Shown: positions 44,798-55,588, counted from the stretch's first letter. The stretch is 64,000 nt of DNA from Faecousia sp. (GCA_045577715.1 JAZNIX010000036.1:26941-90940), one strand, 5' to 3'. Translations and numbers: made by a program. Notes: generated by a model not told the origin, from the sequence alone.

Positions 44798-45856
44798 TTA
44801 GCCGTAAATGGACTTTCTTGCGCCTTCAATTAGCTCGACAGCGTTGTTATACATAATGTCCTCGATATCCTGACGGCTCAGGTTCAGGGTTTCTGCGGCC
44901 CGCTTGAAAGCCAGCAGCTCCTCGTAAGCAAAGAAGGTGATTTTCTCTGCTTCCTCGGGGGTTACTTCCCGCAGGTGGGGGTCCTGGCTGGGGTCGCCGT
45001 AGAGTCCGGGAGGCACCAGGTTGATATAGGTGTTATTCTCCTCAATCCGATGGCAACGCATCCGCAGGATGGGCATATCCGTACCGAACATAACATGCTT
45101 GGGACCAACATTGCGAATCAGCTCAGTAATGGCGTACTCACAGCAGTTGGCGCAGAAGTCGTACATCATATCCGGTACCTGCTTCAGGAATTCAAAGGCG
45201 TTACCCACATCGTTTTTGGTGTAGGCACGTCCGATATGGGCAATAATCAGCCGCACATTGGGGAATTCCTTCTTAAATTCGACCATCTGATGGAGGTTAA
45301 CAGGGTCCTTCAAACGGCCGTGTCTGGGAATGTGGAGCATGGCAATGGCACCCATGCGGTCCAGCACTTCCAGATGATGCTTGGGGAAGAAGTCGAAAAT
45401 ACGGATTTCTGCCTCGGGCAGATACTTGGGGGTACGGTTTAAGTAGGACTTTACGCCCAGGAAACCGCCCTTACGGATATTATTTTCCAGAGATTCGGCA
45501 GACTCCAGCGGGTCAGAATAGTACAGTGCAGGCCAGCCGTGGTTGCGGGAGCATTCTGCAACATAGTTGTTATTGGCGTCCCAACCGCCGGCACTTGTAA
45601 ACATCAGAGATTTTACTTCCTTGCCGGGGAACATCAGCCGGTAGGTTTCCTGCAAATCCTCGATGGAGTTGTCCTTTGCCACCAAGCTGGGCCAGGTGAC
45701 AGTACGCTTATCGTCTCCGGTTTCCACATCGTTGGGGTCTACCAGTTCATCCAGCCAAACATGGGTATGGACGTCGAGAATTTTGTCGGGAAGAAAATCC
45801 TTCAATTCTTCTTCGTAAATCTTTTTGTCATAATCAGTAACTTCGAACAGTGCCAT
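44798..45856 (-). CDS. Amidohydrolase family protein
   Basis: DVHTH, MLHIP, IAHIGR and FGTDMP. Confidence 0.82.
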   Translation of the reverse strand: MALFEVTDYDKKIYEEELKDFLPDKILDVHTHVWLDELVDPNDVETGDDKRTVTWPSLVAKDNSIEDLQETYRLMFPGKEVKSLMFTSAGGWDANNNYVAECSRNHGWPALYYSDPLESAESLENNIRKGGFLGVKSYLNRTPKYLPEAEIRIFDFFPKHHLEVLDRMGAIAMLHIPRHGRLKDPVNLHQMVEFKKEFPNVRLIIAHIGRAYTKNDVGNAFEFLKQVPDMMYDFCANCCEYAITELIRNVGPKHVMFGTDMPILRMRCHRIEENNTYINLVPPGLYGDPSQDPHLREVTPEEAEKITFFAYEELLAFKRAAETLNLSRQDIEDIMYNNAVELIEGARKSIYG

Positions 45857-45860
45857 GATA

Positions 45861-47336
45861 CTACCTCCATGAAATATTTTCTAGAATTTCTGCGATTTTT
45901 TTATACTGTGCAAACAGGGGTTTATAAATTTGTGTGCGGTTCAAATTCGGTTGCAGAACACGCTCTTTGACTGCCAGCGTTCCATGACCGGTCTGCGCAT
46001 CGGGATAGATGCCGCAGCCTACGCCGGCCAGTATGGCAGCGCCTACACAGGCCAGATCCGCAACCTCCGGGATTCGTACCGGCAAGCCGGAAATGTCAGA
46101 TAAAAGCTGGGCCCAAACGGGACTTTTCGATGCGCCGCCGGCAAGAATGATGCCGTCTTCCCCGGGCTTGGCACGGAAGGATTCCATCATCCAAAGAACT
46201 TGGAACACAATGCCCTCCATCACAGCCCGAGCCATATCAAAGCGGTCGTGGGCGATATCCAAGCCCACAAAGCTGGCTGTGTGGAAATTGGTGCTCTCCC
46301 CGGATTTGCCGGAGAAGGGATAAAAGAACAGCCCATTTTCTGCCGCCTGACGGGCAGCAACCTCCCGATTCAGGGACTCATAGGAAAGGGTACCTTCACC
46401 GGATACCTTGTTGCGCAGCCAATCCAGACAGATGCCACCGGAGGAAAGGGATTGCAAAGAGCCCCACATTCCCGGAACTGCGGCAACGGACTGGCTCAGC
46501 CCGGAGGCAAAATCGGCATTTTCCGAAATGGCAGTTACCACCCAGCAAGTACCGGAGCCAATGAGAATATCTCCGTCATGGCAGGCGCCTGCCCCCAATG
46601 CCACAGCGTATTGGTCATGGGCACCGGTAACCAGTACAGTATTTTCGGACAGGCCCAATTCCTCAGCGGCCTCGGGGGTCAAGTTTCCGATGACCGTTCC
46701 CGAGGGGAGAATGTCCGGTAACTGACCGCGTTGAATCCCGGCAAAAGAAAGAAGCTGTTCGTCATATTCTCTGCGGCGAATGTCACAAAGCTGGTTGATA
46801 CCGGCATCAGAAATGTCCACAGCAGGAATGCCGGTCATCTTCAAGGCAAGATAATCAGGAACGGACAGGAAATATGCTGCGTTTTCGAACACTTCCGGCT
46901 TATGCTCCCGCAGCCAGCGAATAACAAGGGCAGGAAGTCCGTCACCCAGATGCCAGCCGGTGGCCTGATACATCCGGTCAGCATCACCGAATTCCTTCAA
47001 AAATGCTTCCTTTTCTTCATTGCACCGGCCGTCGTTCCATACGATGGCAGGGCAGAGCGGCGTGCCGGCTTTGTCTGTAGCTACAATAGTGCCGCCCTGC
47101 AAGGACATGGAAATAGCGGCCACATTTTGCGCAATTTCCTGTTCGTTGCAAACCTCCCGCACTGTTTCTACAACGGCTTGCCACCAATCCTGTGGATTTT
47201 GCTCACTCCACCCAACATGGGGAGTGCTAAGAGGATAACCCCGGTAGGCGTGTCCAATTAAGGTGCCGTCGGCAGAAAACAGCAGTGTTTTCGTGCCGGT
47301 GGTGCCTACATCAATTCCTAATAAGTACTGTTTCAT
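45861..47336 (-). CDS. FGGY family carbohydrate kinase (xylulokinase-like)
   Basis: GIDVGTTGTK, WNDGR, GAHDQ and GGASKS. Confidence 0.88.
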   Translation of the reverse strand: MKQYLLGIDVGTTGTKTLLFSADGTLIGHAYRGYPLSTPHVGWSEQNPQDWWQAVVETVREVCNEQEIAQNVAAISMSLQGGTIVATDKAGTPLCPAIVWNDGRCNEEKEAFLKEFGDADRMYQATGWHLGDGLPALVIRWLREHKPEVFENAAYFLSVPDYLALKMTGIPAVDISDAGINQLCDIRRREYDEQLLSFAGIQRGQLPDILPSGTVIGNLTPEAAEELGLSENTVLVTGAHDQYAVALGAGACHDGDILIGSGTCWVVTAISENADFASGLSQSVAAVPGMWGSLQSLSSGGICLDWLRNKVSGEGTLSYESLNREVAARQAAENGLFFYPFSGKSGESTNFHTASFVGLDIAHDRFDMARAVMEGIVFQVLWMMESFRAKPGEDGIILAGGASKSPVWAQLLSDISGLPVRIPEVADLACVGAAILAGVGCGIYPDAQTGHGTLAVKERVLQPNLNRTQIYKPLFAQYKKIAEILENISWR

Positions 47337-47346
47337 AGCGGCCCTC

Positions 47347-48510
47347 TTATGTGTTGTCCACCATCAGGTCACCTTCCAAGAAGACCTTTTTAATATGTAC
47401 CATATCATCAATGATAATGAAGTTGGCCTTTTTGCCTGCTTCCAGGGAGCCGATTTTGTCATCAATTCCCAGCATTCTGGCAGGGTTGATGGTGGCCATA
47501 CGGATAGCATGGCACAGACCGTAGCCAGTGTGGGTCATGAGATTGCGGCAGGCGTTGTCCAAGGTCAGGTGACTGCCGCCCAGACGGCCTTCATCATCAT
47601 AGTTCAAATCCGGGCCGTAGGCGATGCCCAGTGCCTCGTTGTTTTTATAGTCCCCGGCGGCGGGCATGGAATCGGAGATGAGAATCATCTTCTCCACGCC
47701 CTTGATACGCACTACCATCTTAATCATATCCGGTGCTACATGGATGCCTACCTGGTCACAAATCAGCTCTGCGTACATATCCGGGTTGTAGAGGGTATAT
47801 TCGTCACAGCCGGCACCGATTGTGCCCTGGGCAAAGCCGGGTGCTTTGCCGGAATCTCCGTGATGGGTTTGCAGAGTAATGCCGTACTTTGCCAGCTTTC
47901 TGCATTGCGCTGCGGTGGCAAGGGAGTGACCCAGGGTGAACACCACATTGGGGAAATGGGCTCTGGTATAGGCCATGAATTCCTCAATGCCTTCCCGGTT
48001 GGGGTCAATGGCCCAGACGCGGACCAGGTCGCCAAGATTCTCGGTCAGGGTTTCGTAATCCTCCCGGCGAATTTCATCGGTCCATTTGATGCTGTTGCGG
48101 AAGCTTCCCATGAGAGCCATAAAGGGGCCTTCCATGTAAAGGCCGTCCATAATCCGGCCAACACCCTCTTTGGAGGCTTTCCGAATTTTTTCTGCACCTT
48201 CCAGCATGGCGTTCATGTCCATGTTGGAGTAGAAGGTGGGCAGCACCGTGGTGTGGCCATGCTCCAGGAAATGCTGACAGCAGGCATCGGTATCTCCAGT
48301 AAAGAAATGCTTCTCGCTGCCGTGACAGTGGATATCCACAAGGCCCGGTGCAGTGTAATAACCGCCAGCGTCGATACATTCACAGCCTTCCGGAATGGTC
48401 ACTTTGTCGGCCCAATCGGCGGCCAGAATGGTGTCGCCGTCGAACAGCACAGTGCCGTCCCAGATGATGCCGTCTTCCATAACCAGTTTGGTATTGACAA
48501 TCGCTTTCAT
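47347..48510 (-). CDS. Divergent N-acetylglucosamine-6-phosphate deacetylase (NagA)-like amidohydrolase
   Basis: PGLVDIHCHG, MEGPF, GHS, ISDS, LGGS and NPAR...GKKAN. The canonical THLFNAM is replaced by THHGDSG. Confidence 0.75.
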   Translation of the reverse strand: MKAIVNTKLVMEDGIIWDGTVLFDGDTILAADWADKVTIPEGCECIDAGGYYTAPGLVDIHCHGSEKHFFTGDTDACCQHFLEHGHTTVLPTFYSNMDMNAMLEGAEKIRKASKEGVGRIMDGLYMEGPFMALMGSFRNSIKWTDEIRREDYETLTENLGDLVRVWAIDPNREGIEEFMAYTRAHFPNVVFTLGHSLATAAQCRKLAKYGITLQTHHGDSGKAPGFAQGTIGAGCDEYTLYNPDMYAELICDQVGIHVAPDMIKMVVRIKGVEKMILISDSMPAAGDYKNNEALGIAYGPDLNYDDEGRLGGSHLTLDNACRNLMTHTGYGLCHAIRMATINPARMLGIDDKIGSLEAGKKANFIIIDDMVHIKKVFLEGDLMVDNT

Positions 48511-48757
48511 AGTCCAACTCCTTACTTCAAAAGTGTGGCATACATACGATTTCCCACCGTTAGGGCGGTAGGGAATTGCCGATTTTTCTGCGGCAGGTTG
48601 TCTGATATTTCCTTTCCAATGATACCACAGCGGATTGGTAAAATCAATCAAAAAGCCAAAAAAATTGGAACAATCCTTCGGAATGGCAAAGATGAAAGGC
48701 TTGTATTTCCATGGGGGATTTGGTAGAATAAAATCGAAAAAGTCTGGGAGGTGCCTT

Positions 48758-49444
48758 ATGAAAGGAAAAAAGATACATAGAATCGCCATAAGATGCCTGA
48801 TTACTCTGCTGATTCTTGGGCTGACCGGCGCAGGAATCGTCTTTGGCATCAACGGTTATGTGGTATATACCACAGCACCCAGGATTTTATCTCCGGAGGA
48901 GGCTACCCGGCTGGAAGATGTGGACTGCATTTTGGTGTTGGGCTGTCTGGTGCACGACAGCGGAAGACCCAGCGATATGCTGTCTGACCGTTTGCGCAGG
49001 GGCGTAGAACTCTATCAGGAAGGTGCAGGGAAAAAGCTTTTAATGAGCGGTGACCATGGCAGGACAAATTATAATGAGGTGCAGGCTATGAAGCAGTATG
49101 CCATGGATGAGGGGGTAGCTGCAAACAATATTTTCATGGACCATGCGGGATTTTCCACCTATGAAAGCCTGTACCGGGCAAGAGATATTTTTCAGGCAGA
49201 GAAGATTCTGATTGTTACCCAGGAATACCACCTGCACAGGGCACTGTATATAGCCAATGCGCTGGGCTTGGAGGCCTACGGGGTTTCCGCGAACTACCGG
49301 AGCTATACCGGACAGACTGCCAGAGAAATTCGGGAAATTTTGGCACGGAATAAGGATTTTTTTACCGCTATGATACAGCCGAAACCGACTTATTTGGGTG
49401 AAACCATTCCTATCAGCGGTGACGGTAATCTGACTAACGACTGA
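48758..49444 (+). CDS. SanA/YdcF (DUF218) family protein
   Basis: N-terminal TM, LVLG, SGDHG, DHAGFSTYES and HLHRA. Confidence 0.85.
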   Translation: MKGKKIHRIAIRCLITLLILGLTGAGIVFGINGYVVYTTAPRILSPEEATRLEDVDCILVLGCLVHDSGRPSDMLSDRLRRGVELYQEGAGKKLLMSGDHGRTNYNEVQAMKQYAMDEGVAANNIFMDHAGFSTYESLYRARDIFQAEKILIVTQEYHLHRALYIANALGLEAYGVSANYRSYTGQTAREIREILARNKDFFTAMIQPKPTYLGETIPISGDGNLTND

Positions 49445-49502
49445 TTCGCGCAAAAAAGATACCCGCTTTTCAAAGCCCTTTGAAAAGCGGGTATTGCTTT
49501 GT

Positions 49503-50498
49503 TTATCGGTCTTCTCGGAAATAGGATAGGCCCAAGCTCTGGGGAGGCTGATGCTCCCGTTTCTTGCGCATGCTGGTGATAATCAAAACCAACAGCGTTA
49601 CCACATAAGGCAGAAGCTTAAACAGCTCCTGGGTGGCATCGCCCAGACCGTGAATATAGTTGTTGGCATTACACAGTGCACCAAACAGGAAAGAACCGAA
49701 AATTGCCATGTGGGGCTTCCAAAGGGCAAAGATTACAAGAGCGATGGCCATCCATCCCCGGTCGCCAAAGGCATTGTTGGACCACACACCGTTAGCATAG
49801 GCCATGACATATTGCAGACCGCCTAACCCTGCTATGGCACTGCCTACGCAGGTGGCTAAATACTTGTACTTGGTTACATGGATGCCTGCGGCATCGGCGG
49901 TGGCGGGACTTTCACCCACAGCTCGCAAATTCAATCCCACCCGGGTGCGGTTCAATATAAAAGATACAATGAGCGCAATGATGATAGAGGCATAGGTGAG
50001 GAAGTCGTGAGACAGGAAGATTTCTCCAAACCACCCCAGGTTCTTCGCAAAGGGCAGCGCGGTGCGGAAAAAAGAACTGGTATTGGTCAAAATGATGGAG
50101 GGCATATCGCTGTCCACCAGCTTAATCAGAGAACCGCCGAAGAAGTTACCGATACCGATGCCAAAGGTGGTCAGGGCCAAGCCGGTGACGTTTTGGTTGG
50201 CACGGAGGGTGACGGTAAGGAAGCTGTAGATTAGGCCCATCAACACGGAACCGGCAATGGCGCACAGCAGGGGAATAAGAATTGCCAAGGCGGGAATCAT
50301 GTTTTCTCTCATGTTTCCGCAGGACAGCTCGTATAAAAATGCGCCAATGACACCGCTGATGCCGCCCACATACATAATGCCGGGAATACCCAGGTTCAAA
50401 TGACCGGATTTTTCCGTAACGATTTCGCCGGTGGAACCAAACAGCAGGGGTACGCCCAGAGGAATGGAGCTGCTGATAAAGGCAATTAGTTGATTCAT
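49503..50498 (-). CDS. Nucleoside ABC transporter permease
   Basis: EKSGHLNLG, LRAVGESP...AGI and GWMAIALV. Confidence 0.88.
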   Translation of the reverse strand: MNQLIAFISSSIPLGVPLLFGSTGEIVTEKSGHLNLGIPGIMYVGGISGVIGAFLYELSCGNMRENMIPALAILIPLLCAIAGSVLMGLIYSFLTVTLRANQNVTGLALTTFGIGIGNFFGGSLIKLVDSDMPSIILTNTSSFFRTALPFAKNLGWFGEIFLSHDFLTYASIIIALIVSFILNRTRVGLNLRAVGESPATADAAGIHVTKYKYLATCVGSAIAGLGGLQYVMAYANGVWSNNAFGDRGWMAIALVIFALWKPHMAIFGSFLFGALCNANNYIHGLGDATQELFKLLPYVVTLLVLIITSMRKKREHQPPQSLGLSYFREDR

Positions 50499-51607
50499 AC
50501 TGCTTGTCCCCCTTTCTTGCTATGGCGGAATTTAACGGTGTAGCGGATGAAGAATTCACAGCCCACTACGAATAGAATCACAATGCCGGACACAATATCG
50601 GCATAGGAGCCGTTCAGGAAGAAGGTATCTGCAATTTTTGCTGCACCGGTCTGAAGGAAGGTGACCAAGGCAGACATACCGGCCATGATAAAGGGGTTGA
50701 ATTGTCCCAGCCAGGAAATCATAATTGCGGTGAAGCCTTGACCGCCTACGGTGTTTGTGTTGATGGAATGGTCTGTGCCGGAAACCAGAAGCATACCGGC
50801 AATGCCGCAGATTGCGCCGGAAATCATCATGGTACGGATGATGACTTTTTTTACATTGATGCCTACATACCGGGCGGTATTCTGACTTTCACCCACCACG
50901 GTAATTTCATAGCCGTGCTTGCTGTAGCGCAGATAGACGTACATCGCCACCATCAATACAGTTACCACAAGAACATTCAGCAGATACCGCTGGCCAAACA
51001 GCAGGGGAAGATTGCCGGTTGCTACCGGCTGGATAACGCCGGAGCCGGAGCCGGTGATATAAACATAATAGGCCACAATTTGGGTTGCGACGTAGTTCAT
51101 CATCAGGGTAAACAGGGTTTCGTTGGTTTTGTATTGGGCATGGAATAAGGCGGGAATCAAACCCCACAGAGCGCCGGCCAAAATACTGCTAACCAAAATA
51201 ATCAGCAGCAGTACACCGTGGGGTACGGCATCTCCGATTTCAATCATGCAGACCATGGCGGCCAATCCGCCGACAAGGGCTTGTCCTTCTGCACCGCAAT
51301 TCCAGAATCGCATCCGGAAAGCCGGGGTGACAGCCAAAGAAAGGCACAGAAGAATGGCGGTTTGCTGGAGGAAACGCCACAGCAGTGTGGTTTTTCCCTC
51401 TAAAAGCCGGCCAAATACGCCCTTGAACATAATCGGATATACTTCCGTAATGGTGGTGCCGGTCAAAAGAGAGGATAGAAAACCGCTCAGCAGAATGCCC
51501 AGTAAAATGGCTGACAGACGAATCAGCCAGGCCTGCCAGCCGACCATGTCATCCCGCTTGGCAATATGCATCAGAGGTTCCCGATGCTTTCTTGTAAAAT
51601 TAGCCAT
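50495..51607 (-). CDS. Nucleoside ABC transporter permease
   Basis: WNCGAEGQ, NETLFTLMMNY and VGESQNTARYVG. Confidence 0.88.
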   Translation of the reverse strand: MANFTRKHREPLMHIAKRDDMVGWQAWLIRLSAILLGILLSGFLSSLLTGTTITEVYPIMFKGVFGRLLEGKTTLLWRFLQQTAILLCLSLAVTPAFRMRFWNCGAEGQALVGGLAAMVCMIEIGDAVPHGVLLLIILVSSILAGALWGLIPALFHAQYKTNETLFTLMMNYVATQIVAYYVYITGSGSGVIQPVATGNLPLLFGQRYLLNVLVVTVLMVAMYVYLRYSKHGYEITVVGESQNTARYVGINVKKVIIRTMMISGAICGIAGMLLVSGTDHSINTNTVGGQGFTAIMISWLGQFNPFIMAGMSALVTFLQTGAAKIADTFFLNGSYADIVSGIVILFVVGCEFFIRYTVKFRHSKKGGQAV

Positions 51608-53165
51608 TACTGCCGCCTCCTTCCTGGGTAGTGTCTGCCGGTGCCGCTTCTGTTTTTGTCATCAGCAATCCGATTTCTTCCTTGGTGGCTGTGCGGGCAT
51701 CCACCAGGCCGGTGATGCGGCCGGAGCCAATAACCAGAATCCGGTCACACAGCTCCAGAAGAACATCCAGGTCTTCGCCGACAAAAATGACAGCAGTTCC
51801 TTTTTCCTTTTGCTGGTTCAGCAAATTATAAATGGTGTAAGAGGAATTGATATCCAGACCCCGGACCGGGTAGGCAGTCATCAGGACCTTAGGCGAAGAT
51901 GCAATTTCCCGGCCAACCAATACCTTTTGCACATTGCCGCCGGACAGGCGACGGATAGGCGTGTCCGTACCGGGGGTCACCACCTCTAAATCGTGGATGA
52001 TTTGTTCAGCCAGATCCTTCGGCTTTTTTCTTTCCAGGAACATACCCTTTCCCCGGCGGTAGCTGCGCAGCATCATGTTGTCAACAATGTCCATATTGCC
52101 CACTAAGCCCATTCCCAGCCGGTCTTCCGGAACAAAGGAAAGCCGTACACCCAATTCCCGAATCTGAAGCGGTGTTTTGTTTCGCAGGTCATCGACCTGC
52201 CCGGTTTTGGGGTTGTGATAATAGATGTCACCCTGGGTTAAATACTGCAGGCCGGCAATTGCCTCCAGCAGTTCCCGCTGACCGGAGCCTGCGATACCTG
52301 CAATGCCGAGGATTTCTCCGGACCGTGCGGTAAAGGACACATCGTCCAGCACCGTATTTCCCTGGCGGTTCATGCAGGAGATATGCTGAACCTCCAGACG
52401 GGTTTCCGGGTTCTTGGGCTCGGTGCGGGCAATGTTCAGTGCCACTTTTTTACCCACCATCATTTCTGTGAGCTGACTTTCGTTGGTCTCCGAGGTGTTT
52501 ACTGTGCCGATATATTCTCCCTTACGCAGTACCGCAACCCGGTCAGACAGGGACAATACCTCATGAAGCTTGTGGGTGATAATGATAATGCACTTTCCGT
52601 CATCGCGCATCCGGCGCAAAATGGCAAAGAGCTTCTGGGTTTCCTGGGGGGTAAGCACGGCGGTAGGCTCGTCCAGAATGAGGATATCTGCGCCCCGATA
52701 CAAAACCTTGATGATTTCAACCGTCTGCTTTTCAGAAACAGACATATCGTAGATTTTCTTATTAGGGTCAATGTCAAAGCCGTATTGGTTGCTGATTTTT
52801 TGTATCTGCTCCGTAAACCGCCGCAGATTATAACGCTTTTCCTTCAAGCCCAATACGATGTTTTCTGTAGCGCTGAAGACGTCCACCAATTTGAAATGCT
52901 GGTGAATCATGCCGATTTTATAGTCAAAAGCATCCTTGGGAGAGGAGATGGTAACCTCTTTGCCACCGATAAAAATTTGCCCTTCATCCGGGAAATAGAT
53001 ACCGGAAATGATGTTCATTAGGGTAGTTTTGCCACTGCCGTTTTCGCCTAAAATGGACAGAATTTCTCCGTGGTTGGCAGTCAGACTGACATTCTTATTA
53101 GCAACGACCTTCGTTCCGAAGGTTTTGGTGATGTTTTTCAGTTCAATAGCCGCATTGGTAGCCAA
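51600..53165 (-). CDS. Nucleoside ABC transporter ATP-binding protein (two NBDs)
   Basis: GENGSGKT, LDEPT and LSGGNVQK; TTG start with RBS aaaggagg. Confidence 0.9.
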   Translation of the reverse strand: MATNAAIELKNITKTFGTKVVANKNVSLTANHGEILSILGENGSGKTTLMNIISGIYFPDEGQIFIGGKEVTISSPKDAFDYKIGMIHQHFKLVDVFSATENIVLGLKEKRYNLRRFTEQIQKISNQYGFDIDPNKKIYDMSVSEKQTVEIIKVLYRGADILILDEPTAVLTPQETQKLFAILRRMRDDGKCIIIITHKLHEVLSLSDRVAVLRKGEYIGTVNTSETNESQLTEMMVGKKVALNIARTEPKNPETRLEVQHISCMNRQGNTVLDDVSFTARSGEILGIAGIAGSGQRELLEAIAGLQYLTQGDIYYHNPKTGQVDDLRNKTPLQIRELGVRLSFVPEDRLGMGLVGNMDIVDNMMLRSYRRGKGMFLERKKPKDLAEQIIHDLEVVTPGTDTPIRRLSGGNVQKVLVGREIASSPKVLMTAYPVRGLDINSSYTIYNLLNQQKEKGTAVIFVGEDLDVLLELCDRILVIGSGRITGLVDARTATKEEIGLLMTKTEAAPADTTQEGGGSNG

Positions 53166-53286
53166 GAAGACCCCTCCTTTTCTAATTCTCAAAATCAGGC
53201 TGTCCGGGACAGCCTGCTGTTCAAAATTAGAATCTAAAGCTGGGGAAGGCGGGGCAAGCATTGGCTTGCTCCGCCTTGCAGTCAGA

Positions 53287-54489
53287 TTATTCGCCGTAGT
53301 TGCGGTCCAGTAGATTGATACCGTCGATTTCGATATCCCAGTAGGGGCCGGAACGGAACTTGGATTCCATGAAGATGCCGTTTTCGATAACCTCGGTGTC
53401 CTTGGTGAAATCAGCATCATAGTCAACGTCGGCCTTGTAGGAGGTCAGGGTCTCGCCCTTAACGGTGAATTTGGCAGTATCAAATACATTGATGGTGCCG
53501 TTCTTCAGACCGGTCAGAACCTCCTCCAGCTTTTCCTGGGTGCCGGCAGCTACGTTCTTGCCCGGCTCGGTGAGCATAACGGAGCCGGTCTCCAGAGTAC
53601 CGGTCCAGTCCACATCGATGGGCTGATTGTTCTGCACCTGGCCAATCATATACTTGAAGTAGGGAACCCAGTTGATGCGGGAGGAAATGAGGAAGGTTTC
53701 GGGGCAGGCAGCGGCAGTAGAGCCGTTGTAGGAAACGTTGGGAACCTTAGCATTTTCGCAAGCGGTGGGAGCGCCCATGGAGTCAGCGTGCTGAGAAATC
53801 AGAACACAGCCGCCGGCAATCAGAGCTTCTGCAGCCTGCTTTTCCTTGGTTTCGTCGTACCAGGAGCCGGTGAACTTTACATCCATGGTGACGGAGGGGC
53901 AAACGGACTTAGCACCCAGGTAGAAGGAGGTGTAGCCGGACATAACCTCAGCAAAGGTGAAAGCGCCAACATAGCCCATCTTGGCCTGCTCTTCGGTGAT
54001 CTTGCCGGCAGCGATCATTTCGTTCAGCTTCAGACCGGCAACCACACCGGCGGCGTAACGGCCCTGGTAAATGGAAGCAAAAGCGTTGTGGAAGTTCTTC
54101 AGGTCGGTGGCAGTGTGTGCCTGGGTGCCGGTGGCGTGGCAGAACTGCACATTAGGATGCTCCTTAGCGGCCTGCATCAGGAAGGATTCGTGACCGAAGG
54201 AGTCAGCGAAGATGATGCTGCAGCCGTCGGACTCAATCAGTTCCACAGCGGCATCGTAGCACTTGGTGGATTCGGGAATCTGTGTCTTCTGGACCATGGT
54301 GACGTTCATCTCTTTGCAAGCCTGAACGGCAGCGTCGATGAAGTTCTTGTCATAGGTAGAGTTCTCGTCGTGCAGGAAAATGAAGCCGACCTTCATCTTT
54401 TCTGCGGAGTCTTTGTCGCCGGCGTTGGAGCAGGCGATCAGGGGCAGCAGCATCATAGCTACTAAAAGGATTGCCAGAATCTTTTTCAT
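53287..54489 (-). CDS. BMP family (PnrA/Med-like) ABC substrate-binding lipoprotein
   Basis: Lipobox LIAC, DSFGH, GSWYD and SQHADS. Confidence 0.88.
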   Translation of the reverse strand: MKKILAILLVAMMLLPLIACSNAGDKDSAEKMKVGFIFLHDENSTYDKNFIDAAVQACKEMNVTMVQKTQIPESTKCYDAAVELIESDGCSIIFADSFGHESFLMQAAKEHPNVQFCHATGTQAHTATDLKNFHNAFASIYQGRYAAGVVAGLKLNEMIAAGKITEEQAKMGYVGAFTFAEVMSGYTSFYLGAKSVCPSVTMDVKFTGSWYDETKEKQAAEALIAGGCVLISQHADSMGAPTACENAKVPNVSYNGSTAAACPETFLISSRINWVPYFKYMIGQVQNNQPIDVDWTGTLETGSVMLTEPGKNVAAGTQEKLEEVLTGLKNGTINVFDTAKFTVKGETLTSYKADVDYDADFTKDTEVIENGIFMESKFRSGPYWDIEIDGINLLDRNYGE

Positions 54490-54649
54490 GTTTATTCCTC
54501 CATTTTTATTGTATCGCGGCTATGCGATAAGAAATACAATAGAAATAGCCGATAACGATGCAGGGGCCCTGCTTTCGTGCATCCGGCTAAAAAAACAGGC
54601 AGAACGCCATAGAAGCGAATCTGCCAGCACCCCATTTTGGGGGAGAGAA

Positions 54650-54725
54650 CCAATAGTCGCGGCTTGGGGCGTCGCGGTAGAAACATTTGGGCCCAACGGT
54701 ATCCGTTTATCCAAACTTATACTGG
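54650..54725 (-). ncRNA. Purine riboswitch, guanine-type (C74), with an extra hairpin in L2
   Basis: P1 ccagta/tattgg, P2 tttgg/ccaaa, J2/3 GTTTCTAC, P3 cgcg/cgcg, J3/1 AC; upstream of the nucleoside ABC operon. Confidence 0.85.
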
Positions 54726-54970
54726 CAAAAGTATAAAAAATAGTATTGCTATTTTACCACGCAGCCTGGGTTTTTGTCAACAAATTTCTACTTTTTTCAG
54801 CAAATCAGTGACTTATACGAAAAGAAAATTACCAAAGGGGACAGGCTTGTGTAAAATGCCAATGGCGTTTTTGGCAGATGCCGTATTTTTCTGTTGCAAC
54901 TGATAGGAAATGCTGATATAATGAGTGAAATAAACACGGCCCTCCAATTTAACAGAAAGAGAGAATTGCT

Positions 54971-55555
54971 ATGAACTGTTTGGAAGAAAGAATTGCCAGA
55001 GACGGTGTGGTGAAAGAGGGAAATGTGCTGAAGGTGGACAGCTTCCTGAACCACCAGATGGATATTGCACTGATGGACGAAATCGGTAAGGAGTTTTACC
55101 GCCGTTTCCGGGACAAGCCGGTAAACAAGGTGCTGACCATTGAAGCCTCGGGAATCGCCATTGCCTACGCGGTGGCCCAGCAGTTTCATGTGCCGGTGCT
55201 GTTTGCCAAAAAGTCCAAGAGCATTAACATTGCAGGGGATACCTATGTGGCGGAGGTGGAGTCCTTTACCCACAAGAACCGAAATACGGTGCTGGTGTCC
55301 AAGCAGTTTCTGTCGGAAAAGGACCATGTGCTGATTATCGACGATTTTCTTGCCAACGGCTGTGCCCTGCAGGGACTTATCAGTATTGTGGACCAGGCCG
55401 GAGGTACGGTGGAGGGAATCGGCATTGCAGTGGAAAAGGGTTTCCAGATGGGCGGACAGATTATCCGTAATTTAGGCTATCAGTTGGAGTCTTTGGCCAT
55501 TGTGGAAGCGATGAATCATGAAACCGGAGAGATTGTCTTCCGGGAGCAGAAGTGA
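54971..55555 (+). CDS. xpt: Xanthine phosphoribosyltransferase
   Basis: [17 protein letters not shown] and IIDDFLANG. Confidence 0.95.
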   Translation: MNCLEERIARDGVVKEGNVLKVDSFLNHQMDIALMDEIGKEFYRRFRDKPVNKVLTIEASGIAIAYAVAQQFHVPVLFAKKSKSINIAGDTYVAEVESFTHKNRNTVLVSKQFLSEKDHVLIIDDFLANGCALQGLISIVDQAGGTVEGIGIAVEKGFQMGGQIIRNLGYQLESLAIVEAMNHETGEIVFREQK

Positions 55556-55588
55556 AAAAAGACACCCCCCGGGGTGTCTTTTTTGTTT
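55555..55588. terminator. Terminator hairpin after xpt; near-copy of the tRNA-Val terminator at 56402-56434
   Basis: aaaaaagacaccc-ccc-ggggtgtcttttttgttt versus aaaaaagacaccc-aca-ggggtgtctttttgttt. Confidence 0.75.

Noticed and set aside
47347-48852. Extended N-termini given by the ORF track (also 4562, 16087, 19480, 35458, 38134, 53426)
   Set aside because: The extensions run through promoters, T-box leaders or neighbouring genes; downstream starts with RBS and family-typical N-termini were used instead.
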